Shown: positions 7,666 to 15,836 of the stretch, one piece after another
How the letters are laid out: each line of letters opens with the position of its first letter
Numbering within the stretch: position 1 is the stretch's first letter
Assembly (NCBI GenBank): GCA_963931495.1
Contig: OZ007020.1
Location: 210,001 to 242,000, forward strand
DNA from: an uncultured Alphaproteobacteria bacterium
GTDB lineage: Bacteria; Pseudomonadota; Alphaproteobacteria; Rs-D84
Direction of reading: 5' to 3'
DNA: 32,000 nucleotides
Notes under the pieces: generated by a model
What the model was told of the DNA's origin: nothing
What the model saw: only the letters and a program-made list of their open reading frames with translations
Databases searched by the model: none
Made by a program: the position numbers and the translations under genes

Positions 7666-8460
7666 ATGTATCAAAAATTCAGAAAATTATGGAAGGCTTT
7701 TTGGGAACCAATTTTAAGAACGTCTTTTGCGCAATGGGCGTTGGCATGTTTGATGGCGTTGGCAATTTGGTTCGTGTATTTCACATGTCGTAAACGTATT
7801 AAAAATTGGGATGTATTTAAGAAATATCGCAGAAAGCCGGCTGTATTTGTATTCTGGCATGGGCGCAGTATGATGTTGTCACCAATTGTGTGTTTGGGTG
7901 GAATGCGCGCATATGCGGTTGCATCCCGTCACAAAGATGGGCGCATGATGGCAAAGTTACAGCGATTATTTGGATTAAAGTCTATTTATGGCAGTTCTTC
8001 GGATGGCGGAATATCTGTATTACGCCAAGGTGTACGGGTTTTGCGACGTGGTGATTATTCTATGTGTATGTCGCCAGATGGTCCGGGTGGACCGTCGTTG
8101 CGTGTTCAGGATGGGGCGTTATATTTTGCCAAGATGACTGGCGCACCAATTATACCAGTATGCTATTCTGTATCACATGCGTGGTTCCAAAAAAGATGGG
8201 ACAGGTATTTGGTCGCGTTGCCTTTTTCATTGATAACGTGTAATATTGGTGAACCAATATTTATTGATTCCAAGGTAAATGCAACTGAATTTGAGGCACT
8301 GCGAAAAAAAATAGAAGATATTATGGTGCGTCAAGTGCGGGAAATGGATGGCGAATTTAATCTGTTCCAGGTTGAACAAGATCAGACGGCGTCTGGATTC
8401 AAGAAAAAATTACAGGCGGAAAAGACGGCTGAAAAACAGACAAAAAAAGCGAAAAAATAA
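7666..8460 (+). CDS. DUF374 / lysophospholipid acyltransferase-like protein (lipid A/Kdo-cluster associated)
   Basis: An N-terminal TM segment is followed by FVFWHGRSMMLSP...ASRHKDGRMMAKLQRLFGLKSIYGSS...MSPDGPGGPSLRVQDGALYFAKMTGAPIIPV. This matches the DUF374 pattern usually found next to waaA/lpxK. The C-terminal tail is Lys-rich. Confidence 0.7.
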   Translation: MYQKFRKLWKAFWEPILRTSFAQWALACLMALAIWFVYFTCRKRIKNWDVFKKYRRKPAVFVFWHGRSMMLSPIVCLGGMRAYAVASRHKDGRMMAKLQRLFGLKSIYGSSSDGGISVLRQGVRVLRRGDYSMCMSPDGPGGPSLRVQDGALYFAKMTGAPIIPVCYSVSHAWFQKRWDRYLVALPFSLITCNIGEPIFIDSKVNATEFEALRKKIEDIMVRQVREMDGEFNLFQVEQDQTASGFKKKLQAEKTAEKQTKKAKK

Positions 8461-8461
8461 T

Positions 8462-9361
8462 ATGAAAACTCCGTGGTGGTTTTTGCATAAAACTTTATTG
8501 GCATTTTTGTTATTGCCGGTATCGTGGGTGTATTACTTTTTTTCTGTGATTGTTTATAATTTGCGCAAAATTTCTGCGTATAAGTCACGACGCAAGATTA
8601 TATGTTTTGGAAATATTTTGGCCGGTGGGGTTGGTAAAACACCAATTGTGCGTGCGGTGGCAAAATATCTGGATGCGCCGGTTGTTATGCGTGGATATAA
8701 AAAGGGTAAAAAAACAGGATGGGTCGGTGATGAAGCAATGATGTTGGCACGCGATAAAATCCAGGTGCATGTCGGCGACAGAAAAAGTAATGTGATTTTA
8801 TTAAACAAGCAAAAAGACAACACGCCAATAATAATGGATGATGGATTTCAAAATCCCAGAATAAAAAAAGACTTGTCTGTTTTGGTTTTTGACCAAGGTT
8901 TGGGTTTTGGAAATGGTTTTTTATTGCCGGCCGGGCCATTACGTGAACCACGGTGGGCAATTCGGCGTGCAAATGCGGTTATTATTATTCGTGGGGCGAA
9001 AAAAGTACGCAAAATTAAGTTGCCACCAGAAATTCCGGTGTTTTATGCAGATTCTGTGACGATATCACCATATGATGAAAATGAAAAAATTTTTGCATTT
9101 GCTGGCATTGGGTATCCACGAAAGTTCTTTGGGCAATTGAAAAATGTCGTTGGAAAAAAGACTTTCCCGGATCATTATCAATATACTGATGATGATTTAA
9201 GAAATTTAATCGCAACAGCAGAACAATATGATGCGCGTTTGCTGACCACAGAAAAAGACTGGGTGCGATTGCCCCAGTGGGCGCGCACAGAAATAAAATA
9301 TGCGCGTTTAGATATTACATTGGGACAAGATTTTTTTGATTGGCTGGGGGAAAATATATAA
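8462..9361 (+). CDS. lpxK: Tetraacyldisaccharide 4'-kinase
   Basis: This is the internal Met of ORF 8348..9361 (MKTPWWF...). It has an N-terminal membrane helix and then the P-loop GNILAGGVGKTPIV characteristic of LpxK. The start lies 1 nt after the upstream stop codon. Confidence 0.85.
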   Translation: MKTPWWFLHKTLLAFLLLPVSWVYYFFSVIVYNLRKISAYKSRRKIICFGNILAGGVGKTPIVRAVAKYLDAPVVMRGYKKGKKTGWVGDEAMMLARDKIQVHVGDRKSNVILLNKQKDNTPIIMDDGFQNPRIKKDLSVLVFDQGLGFGNGFLLPAGPLREPRWAIRRANAVIIIRGAKKVRKIKLPPEIPVFYADSVTISPYDENEKIFAFAGIGYPRKFFGQLKNVVGKKTFPDHYQYTDDDLRNLIATAEQYDARLLTTEKDWVRLPQWARTEIKYARLDITLGQDFFDWLGENI

Positions 9362-9362
9362 C

Positions 9363-10298
9363 ATGTCAACATTAAAACAATCTGTTGAGATAACGGGCAA
9401 GGGCATTCATTCGGGGGCACCGGTTACAATGATTGTGCGTCCGTCGGAATTGCATGGGATATTTTTTCGGCGTACTGATTTGCCAGATTCTGGATTAATT
9501 GCGGCAAAATATGATAATGTTGGCGATACAACCATGCGTAATACAACAATTGGTGATATGCATGGCGCGCATGTTCAGACGATTGAACATGTTATGGCGG
9601 CTTTGTTTATGGCCGGAATTGACAGTGCAATTATTGATATAGATGGACCAGAAACACCCATCTTGGATGGCAGTGCCGCACATTTTTACAATGTTTTTGT
9701 GTCATCAGGTGTGACAAGCGGACGTTTGTCACGTATAATTGTTCGGCGCCCTGTTATTGCGTACGCATCAGAAATTCGTCGCAGTTTAGGGTTATTCACA
9801 CGCATAAAATTATGGGTTTCAGAAAAAATATCGGGGCGTAAAAATGACGGGTTTGTAAAATTGGCCCCAGCAGATGATAATTCTTTGCATATAACTGCAA
9901 CACTGGTTTATCCAGAAAAAATTATTGGGTATCAGAGTTTTTCGTACAGTTTTTCTGGTGATGAAAAATCTGTGACAGATTTTGTTGATAATATCGCCCA
10001 CGCGCGTACGTTTGGAAAATATTCTGAATGGGAATATTTGAAATCACATGGCATGGCGCGTGGGGCCGATGAAACAAACGTAATTGCGCTAAATAACAAT
10101 GGGGATGGTACGCTGAATAATCTGATTTGGCCGGATGAATTTGTTCGTCACAAGGTTATTGATGCAATTGGCGATATGTATACCAGTGGCGGATGGGTTA
10201 TCGGAAAACTGGAATCGTATAAAGGCAGTCATGCATTAAACAATCTGGTGTTGAAAAAGTTATTCAGTGATGCTGCAAATTATGATATAATAGAGTAA
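9363..10298 (+). CDS. lpxC: UDP-3-O-acyl-N-acetylglucosamine deacetylase
   Basis: MSTLKQSVEITGKGIHSGAPVTMIVRP and the HKVIDAIGDM zinc/active-site motif identify LpxC. The start lies 1 nt after the lpxK stop codon. Confidence 0.9.
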   Translation: MSTLKQSVEITGKGIHSGAPVTMIVRPSELHGIFFRRTDLPDSGLIAAKYDNVGDTTMRNTTIGDMHGAHVQTIEHVMAALFMAGIDSAIIDIDGPETPILDGSAAHFYNVFVSSGVTSGRLSRIIVRRPVIAYASEIRRSLGLFTRIKLWVSEKISGRKNDGFVKLAPADDNSLHITATLVYPEKIIGYQSFSYSFSGDEKSVTDFVDNIAHARTFGKYSEWEYLKSHGMARGADETNVIALNNNGDGTLNNLIWPDEFVRHKVIDAIGDMYTSGGWVIGKLESYKGSHALNNLVLKKLFSDAANYDIIE

Positions 10299-10324
10299 AA
10301 GTATATCATGCAAAGAAGGCAGAA

Positions 10325-10768
10325 ATGAAAAAAATACTGATTTTATGTTCGTTGTTATTCACGCTGGTTGCATGTGGTGGAATGATAGAACACGAAAATG
10401 GCAGTCAATATTTAGTACAATTGGATGGCGAACCAATTGGATGCACGTTCTTGTATAAAATTGAATCAGAAGTGTCGGTATACGATGCAGATGATGCACG
10501 TGTGTATCTGGAAAACAGAATTGTTGACCAGGCGCGTGCCGGAAATGCATATTGGATAACCAGTCAACGTACACGTCCAAATGAATGGGTGATTTTTGGC
10601 CCAGAACGTGCGTTCGTTTTGGTCGCAAATGTTTATGATTGTCCGCATCCGAATAATGTTCGTACCGCCGCCGATGGTGGAACAAGTGTTGCCGCAACAC
10701 CGGTCATTGTTGAACATCAATTGAATTGTGATGCCAATATGTATGGCGGAATGATGCCAGGATGTTAA
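10325..10768 (+). CDS. Lipoprotein, function unknown (possibly DUF4156-like)
   Basis: MKKILILCSLLFTLVACGG has a signal peptide plus lipobox L-V-A-C. The family assignment is tentative. Confidence 0.65.
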   Translation: MKKILILCSLLFTLVACGGMIEHENGSQYLVQLDGEPIGCTFLYKIESEVSVYDADDARVYLENRIVDQARAGNAYWITSQRTRPNEWVIFGPERAFVLVANVYDCPHPNNVRTAADGGTSVAATPVIVEHQLNCDANMYGGMMPGC

Positions 10769-10793
10769 TAATTTGGATTATGTTAATGTTTTT

Positions 10794-10830
10794 ACCCGTC
10801 ATTGCTGTTTGACGGGTATTTCTTTTTATT
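10794..10830 (+). terminator. Rho-independent terminator
   Basis: ACCCGTC (10794-10800), 10-nt loop, GACGGGT (10811-10817), followed by a T-rich tract. Confidence 0.65.
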
Positions 10831-10838
10831 ATTCGTGT

Positions 10839-10868
10839 TTGCCAAAGATATAGATTTTATGTTATAAT
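10839..10868 (+). promoter_or_regulatory. Candidate sigma70 promoter of the pilus-like operon
   Basis: TTGCCA (10839-10844), 18-nt spacer, TATAAT (10863-10868). A purine-rich RBS (AGAGAGAG) lies before the GTG start at 10890. Confidence 0.45.
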
Positions 10869-10889
10869 TATTCAATAACAGCAGAGAGA

Positions 10890-12161
10890 GTGTTTTCCTT
10901 GGTCAATCAAGTTGTAACAATTAACAGAAAAAAATATGCCGTCGGTTTATTTTGGCAGCCAACGGGGGCGGGTTATGTCGCGCGTAATTATGCGCGTTCG
11001 TTGGCACGCAGTGTTGATAAAAAACTGAATCTGTTCACAGAATATCGTGGCATGGTCGGACTGGGGGCACGACGTCTGGGGCATCGCAGTGGTATGGACA
11101 GTATTGCCGCCGCAGTAACAGATGCGCTGGGGGAATATACGTCGTTTTTGGCGGTGTTCGCAATTGATAAAGTTTTTTTATTGGTTGCGGTGCGTAATGG
11201 CGTTATTCTGGAAGATAAACTGTTAACCAGCGAAGCGGATGCGCGTGCCGAATATTTTCGTTTGTCTGAAATCCCAGATTGGGGCGCATTGTTTGCGCCA
11301 AGTGTATGGGGAATGCCGCGTGCCGTTGAACGCAACATCAGTGATGTGATATTTCGTTCGGCGCGTTCAACTTTACGGCCAATCAGTCGGGTTGGCGCAA
11401 TATTGTTTTCGGCAATATTACTGGTATTATTTGGAATTGGGGCGTTATGGTTCTTTCGTGAACCATTGATGCAAATGATGATGCCCCAGCCATCTGTGGA
11501 AGAAATCAGTCCGGAATTGGCCGCAGAATATGAAAAACAAGTGGCACAAAAAAATAAAGAACTGGATGAACAGTTTGATATAGAAAAGCCGCAACCACCA
11601 CAACCATTGGAAATGCCGTATGATTATTTGCCAGATGCAATGGCGCGTGCCCAGGTGTGTTATCAGGCGATTGGTTTTTTAATGCAACCAATCACAGGTT
11701 GGGAACAAGTTTCTGTTGAATGTGGTGAAACACATGCGGATGTTGTTTTTAACCGCACGTTCGGAACAATTGGTGATTTTTATTCCGTGGCAACAGAAAT
11801 AATGCCGGCATCGTTCGTGCAACAACAATCTGATAATACGCTGTATGTACGTGTGGCATTGCCATCGGTTAAAACACATGCGTCATTGGATGAACGCGAT
11901 GTTGAAACAGTGTACCGCGCCGTTCAGACGGCATTTCAATCAATTGACACACCGGTTGATGTCCAGATGGTTGTTGATACATTAACAAATGGATTTGAAA
12001 CAGCCCAGTTGAATATCATAGAAGTTGCCGCAGAATCAAAACTGATTCCGACGCAATTTATGCATATATTTGACGATTTTGGTGGTGTGTATATGACGCG
12101 ATGTGCATGGGATGTGTCAACGCGTACATGGAACTATGAGGTGATAATCTATGCTAAATAA
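10890..12161 (+). CDS. PilO-like type IVb pilus accessory protein (R64 PilO / PilO2 type; GspL-like bitopic topology)
   Basis: The N-terminal motif KKYAVGLFWQP resembles the PAP_PilO family as I recall it. It has a ~165-aa cytoplasmic part, one TM helix (VGAILFSAILLVLFGIGALWFF) and a ~230-aa periplasmic part. It is the first gene of a tightly packed operon with GspE- and GspF-type genes. The start codon is GTG. Confidence 0.5.
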   Translation: MFSLVNQVVTINRKKYAVGLFWQPTGAGYVARNYARSLARSVDKKLNLFTEYRGMVGLGARRLGHRSGMDSIAAAVTDALGEYTSFLAVFAIDKVFLLVAVRNGVILEDKLLTSEADARAEYFRLSEIPDWGALFAPSVWGMPRAVERNISDVIFRSARSTLRPISRVGAILFSAILLVLFGIGALWFFREPLMQMMMPQPSVEEISPELAAEYEKQVAQKNKELDEQFDIEKPQPPQPLEMPYDYLPDAMARAQVCYQAIGFLMQPITGWEQVSVECGETHADVVFNRTFGTIGDFYSVATEIMPASFVQQQSDNTLYVRVALPSVKTHASLDERDVETVYRAVQTAFQSIDTPVDVQMVVDTLTNGFETAQLNIIEVAAESKLIPTQFMHIFDDFGGVYMTRCAWDVSTRTWNYEVIIYAK

Positions 12162-12879
12162 ACAAATGTTTTTATCTGTGTTTTTGATGGCAATTTTGTT
12201 GTCGGCACCAATGGCTGGGTATGCAGCAGATTCAAGTACAGATAACGCGGTTATCGCAACTGTACCAATTACCGAAGATGTTGCGATGGAAATGGAAGAT
12301 TTGTCGGCAAACGCGGTTGCCGCATATGATATTGAAGGTTCGTTGTTCCAGCAAATAACCAATCTGGAACAAGAAAAGGTTTTGATGGAACTGGAAAAAG
12401 AACGCGCGCAATTGGATTTAGAACTGGATAGATTAGCCGCAGAAAAAATTAAACTGCATATGGAAATTGACTCTTTGTCTGGACGTGCAGAACAGCAACA
12501 ACAAGAACTGGAAAATGCCCAGGCAAAACTGGAAGCCGAAGCACAGCGTTTGGAACGTGAAAAAGAGGCTTTGGCCGCACAAACAGAAGAACTGGAATCG
12601 CGCAGTGCAACAACCACAACAACATCAATGACAACAAACAATAACACTGAATCTGTGCCGGTGGTGCAATTTGATAAAAAATATCGGTTGATAAATGTTA
12701 TCGGTGCCGGAAATCAGTTACAGGCAACAATCCAAGATTTGAATACCGGGCAAAACAAAACAATCAGTGTTGGCAAGGTGCTTGATGGATATACGGTAAA
12801 ATCAATATCTGTGGAAGATGGAATTATGTTTGATAATGGGGATAATTCACAAACGCTGAATATCAGCAAGGCAGACTGA
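12151..12879 (+). CDS. Periplasmic coiled-coil protein with a PilP/GspC-HR-like C-terminal beta domain
   Basis: It has a signal or anchor sequence (MFLSVFLMAILLSAPMAGYA) and a long E/Q/L-rich coiled coil. A Thr/Asn linker follows. The C-terminus YRLINVIGAGNQLQATIQDLNTGQNKTISVGKVLDGYTVKSISVEDGIMF resembles PilP. It overlaps the upstream gene by 11 nt. Confidence 0.45.
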   Translation: MLNKQMFLSVFLMAILLSAPMAGYAADSSTDNAVIATVPITEDVAMEMEDLSANAVAAYDIEGSLFQQITNLEQEKVLMELEKERAQLDLELDRLAAEKIKLHMEIDSLSGRAEQQQQELENAQAKLEAEAQRLEREKEALAAQTEELESRSATTTTTSMTTNNNTESVPVVQFDKKYRLINVIGAGNQLQATIQDLNTGQNKTISVGKVLDGYTVKSISVEDGIMFDNGDNSQTLNISKAD

Positions 12880-12884
12880 TTAAC

Positions 12885-14522
12885 ATGAATGATAAAGAAA
12901 AAGATGTTTTGAACAAGGATTATGGGGATTTAAAGCCGTCAATTCCGGCTGGGTTGGAAAATGCAGAAAACAAGGATATTGTGGATTATCTGTTTTCAAA
13001 TGGCAATCGTTTGTTGACCGCAACCGGGGCAGAGCAAGAATTACCCAAAGATACCCAGGGGCTGGTTGCGTATTTTTCAGGTGGTGAAATTATTGTTTCA
13101 CGGACACATCGCTATGACGGGCGTGTGTTGGCGTTTTTAGATTTATTGAAAAAACGCGGTCGCCCAATGCGAATACCGTTTTATTCTGATTTGGGTTTGG
13201 TTTCCAGTATTTACAAGGCATATGAAAGTCGTCTGGGCGGAATTTCGCGTTCACGCCAGGATTATGACAATCAAATGCAAAAAGATTTTGTTGATATAAT
13301 TGCCAAGGCGGCCGCACAAAAGGTGTCGGATATTCATATAGAAGTTGCCGATCAAACAACAATATTCTTTCGTATTGATGGCAGTATGCAGCCGGTGTTG
13401 GAATATAATGCAGGTTGGGGGGAATCTTTTGTTCGTGCGGCGTTTGCATCGTCTGATATGTCAAATGCAAACTATGCGCAAAATGAATACCAGGCCGCCC
13501 AAAAAGATGGGCGCACACCGTTGCGCGGGACCAAGGATTTATACCTGCCGCGCGGAATTTTAAGTATTCGTATGCAATTTAATCCAATCGCGTTCGGCAG
13601 TCGCTATGTCGTAATGCGATTGTTGTATGACAACCCATCCGAAGGTATAAAAACAGAGCAAGAATTTGGTGAATACGAGCAAAAATTATTAATGCGATTA
13701 CGTTCTTTCCCAACTGGATTAGTTATTGTGGCCGGACCAACCAGTTCTGGGAAATCAACAACATTGGTGCGCAATATGTCATTGATGTTAAAAGAGCATC
13801 ATTATGAAATTAATATGATTACAGTGGAAGATCCGGTTGAACAAAAAATATTTGGCGCGCACCAGATGCCGGTCGTTAATACCACAAATGAAGAACAGCG
13901 CGAAGAAAAATATACCGAAGCCTTGGCCGCCGCGTTACGCAGTGACCCAGATACACTGATGGTTGGTGAAATTCGTACGTTGGCCGCCGCGCAATTGACA
14001 GTGCGTGGGGCGTTATCAGGCCATAATGTGTGGACCACACTGCACGCGAATTCGGCAATGGCGGCGTTAACACGTTTGTTGGATTTGGGTATAGAAGCGT
14101 TTAAGTTAAAAGAAGAAACACTGATGCGTGGGTTGATTTCTATGCGCTTGTTCAAACAATTGTGTCCGTATTGTCGGGAAAGACTGATTGACCACCCGGA
14201 AAATCCAGCGTATCGTCGTGTTATGGATGCGTTTGGGGAATTAGGACTGCGCCAAGTGTATATTCGTGGCGCAGGATGTGAAGAATGCAAGGGAACCGGA
14301 ACATTGGGGCGTATCAAGGCCGGTGAAATTATAATTACAAACAGTGAATTTTTACGCATGGCATTGGCGGGTAATACCGATGGCGCAGTTAAGTACTGGT
14401 TGGAAGAAATGGATGGGCGTACGTTAAAAGAAGCCGCAACGTCATTAATGTTACAGGGGATAATCGGTGTGGATGAATTAGAACGCTGGGTCGGATTGCT
14501 GGATCGGCCGGGGGTATATTGA
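12885..14522 (+). CDS. GspE/PilB-family secretion ATPase (R64 PilQ-like)
   Basis: Motifs present: Walker A GPTSSGKST, Asp box ITVEDPVE, Walker B DTLMVGEIR, His box GHNVWTTLHAN, and a tetracysteine Zn motif CPYC...CEEC. Confidence 0.9.
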   Translation: MNDKEKDVLNKDYGDLKPSIPAGLENAENKDIVDYLFSNGNRLLTATGAEQELPKDTQGLVAYFSGGEIIVSRTHRYDGRVLAFLDLLKKRGRPMRIPFYSDLGLVSSIYKAYESRLGGISRSRQDYDNQMQKDFVDIIAKAAAQKVSDIHIEVADQTTIFFRIDGSMQPVLEYNAGWGESFVRAAFASSDMSNANYAQNEYQAAQKDGRTPLRGTKDLYLPRGILSIRMQFNPIAFGSRYVVMRLLYDNPSEGIKTEQEFGEYEQKLLMRLRSFPTGLVIVAGPTSSGKSTTLVRNMSLMLKEHHYEINMITVEDPVEQKIFGAHQMPVVNTTNEEQREEKYTEALAAALRSDPDTLMVGEIRTLAAAQLTVRGALSGHNVWTTLHANSAMAALTRLLDLGIEAFKLKEETLMRGLISMRLFKQLCPYCRERLIDHPENPAYRRVMDAFGELGLRQVYIRGAGCEECKGTGTLGRIKAGEIIITNSEFLRMALAGNTDGAVKYWLEEMDGRTLKEAATSLMLQGIIGVDELERWVGLLDRPGVY

Positions 14523-14523
14523 T

Positions 14524-15594
14524 ATGACAAAATTAGATTTACTGTATGCGAAACTGGTTTTCAGATTAAATACAGAAAAACGTATGGCCACCGCACGCAA
14601 GTTGGCGTCGCTGTTACGTAATGATTTTACATTGATGGATGCATTAAATCGTCTGGAAATGATTGAATCGCATGGCGGAACAAAGCCAGATGAACCATTT
14701 GCAATTGTTATGCGTGAATGGCAGAAAAACTTGGAACGTGGTATGAGTTTTTCGGATGCAACACGCGGATGGGTGCCACCAGATGAAACATTGTTGGTCA
14801 CGTCTGGGAATTTGTCTGATTTGGTTGTCGCGCTGGAAAATGTCAGTCGCGTTGTTGATGGAACCCAACGAATAAAGCGGGCAATGACCAGTGCCATTGC
14901 GTATCCATTGTTTTTGTTGATATTAACGTTTGGTATAATAATGCTGGTTGGGGTATATTTGGTGCCCCCGTTGGCCGAAATTGCGGGTGATAATATTATA
15001 TGGCGCGGAATGGCGGCGTCATTAATATGGATATCTGAATTTTCAATAAAATATTGGCCGGTTGTTTTAGGGATATTTATTGCGCTGGTTGCGATTGTGT
15101 GGATAAGTTTACCAAACTGGTCGGGTCGGCTGCGCGCGAAATTTGATAAATTGCCCCCGTGGAATGTGTATAAAATTCAAATGTCTGTGGGTTGGTTAAT
15201 GAGTTTGTCGGCCATGGTCGCCGCCGGAATTACAATCCCAGATGCAATGCGTATGTTGGCGGACAGTTCAAATAAATATTTACGCAGTATTTTGGATGAA
15301 ACACTGCACTATATTGCAAATGGTGATAATTTGGGTGTGGCGCTGAATAATGCTGGGCGGGGTTTCCCGAATACAGAAATTATTGGGGATTTGGCGATAT
15401 ATGCCGATATGAATGGTTTTGATGAAAATCTGGGGCGGGTGGCAAACGATTATTTGGAAGAATCTGTGCGTAAAATGGAATCTGTGTCATCGGCGTTGAA
15501 CAGTTTTGGAATATTGTTGGTATCGGCGATTATTGCGTGGGTTGTACTGGGGACGTTCCAGATGCAAGATCAGATTACCGCCACACTCAGCTAG
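14524..15594 (+). CDS. GspF/PilC-family inner-membrane platform protein (R64 PilR-like)
   Basis: It starts 1 nt after the ATPase stop codon. It has duplicated T2SSF-like segments and three hydrophobic helices (for example AIAYPLFLLILTFGIIMLVGVYLVPPL). Confidence 0.85.
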   Translation: MTKLDLLYAKLVFRLNTEKRMATARKLASLLRNDFTLMDALNRLEMIESHGGTKPDEPFAIVMREWQKNLERGMSFSDATRGWVPPDETLLVTSGNLSDLVVALENVSRVVDGTQRIKRAMTSAIAYPLFLLILTFGIIMLVGVYLVPPLAEIAGDNIIWRGMAASLIWISEFSIKYWPVVLGIFIALVAIVWISLPNWSGRLRAKFDKLPPWNVYKIQMSVGWLMSLSAMVAAGITIPDAMRMLADSSNKYLRSILDETLHYIANGDNLGVALNNAGRGFPNTEIIGDLAIYADMNGFDENLGRVANDYLEESVRKMESVSSALNSFGILLVSAIIAWVVLGTFQMQDQITATLS

Positions 15595-15613
15595 GCCCCG
15601 TTTTATATTTAGG

Positions 15614-15819
15614 TTGTTTTTTTATGAATATATAGGTATCATATATATGACATTGGTGTATTGCCGATGTTGGGCTTCATCACCCTTCGTATATGCGTCT
15701 TGCTGACGATAAAAGCTCCTGCAATAGGCAGGAGTGCAATGCCATATATTGAAACCATTGCGCTATTTACATATACGAATAGTGATGAAGCTCCTGCCGC
15801 CAAATTATTGGCGGCTTTT
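15614..15819 (+). promoter_or_regulatory. Structured RNA leader/sRNA, copy A (promoter + conserved structure + intrinsic terminator)
   Basis: TTGTTT (15614-15619), 17-nt spacer, TATCAT (15637-15642). The conserved block starts at 15671. Hairpin CGTC-ttgct-GACG follows. CTCCTGC (15716-15722) pairs with GCAGGAG (15728-15734). The alternative long helix is GGCAGGAG (15727-15734) with CTCCTGCC (15791-15798). The terminator is GCCGCCAA-ATTA-TTGGCGGC (15796-15815) plus TTTT. RBS AGGAA and the ATG at 15837 follow. Confidence 0.65.
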
Positions 15820-15836
15820 GATGATAGGAATAATGT

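Noticed and set aside
8348-8461. An N-terminal 38-aa Arg/Lys-rich extension of the lpxK ORF (MANLICSRLNKIRRRLDSRKNYRRKRRLKNRQKKRKNN).
   Set aside because: It lies entirely within the 3' end of the DUF374 gene in another frame and results from an A-rich stretch. The Met at 8462 gives the canonical LpxK N-terminal membrane helix.
12117-14530. Long antisense ORFs 12117..12647 (-, 176 aa) and 13802..14530 (-, 242 aa) opposite the coiled-coil and ATPase genes.
   Set aside because: Their translations are low-complexity and Ser/Ala/Cys-rich with no motifs. The sense strand carries unmistakable GspE motifs and operon coupling. These are typical shadow ORFs.
15101-15109. A perfect DnaA-box-like 9-mer TGTGGATAA. 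gyrB nearby raised the question of an origin region.
   Set aside because: It is a single box inside the platform-protein coding sequence. There is no cluster, no AT-rich unwinding element and no dnaA or dnaN in the window.
15649-15706. A possible Cys-rich leader peptide MTLVYCRCWASSPFVYASC inside leader copy A, and other short ORFs starting at ATGCG(T/C) in copies A and B. These could imply peptide-mediated attenuation.
   Set aside because: The peptides are not conserved. In copy B the equivalent frame is closed by a TGA two codons upstream of the conserved block. Copy C has no ATG there. The alternative short ORFs have unrelated sequences and lengths. Conservation is at the nucleotide and base-pairing level.
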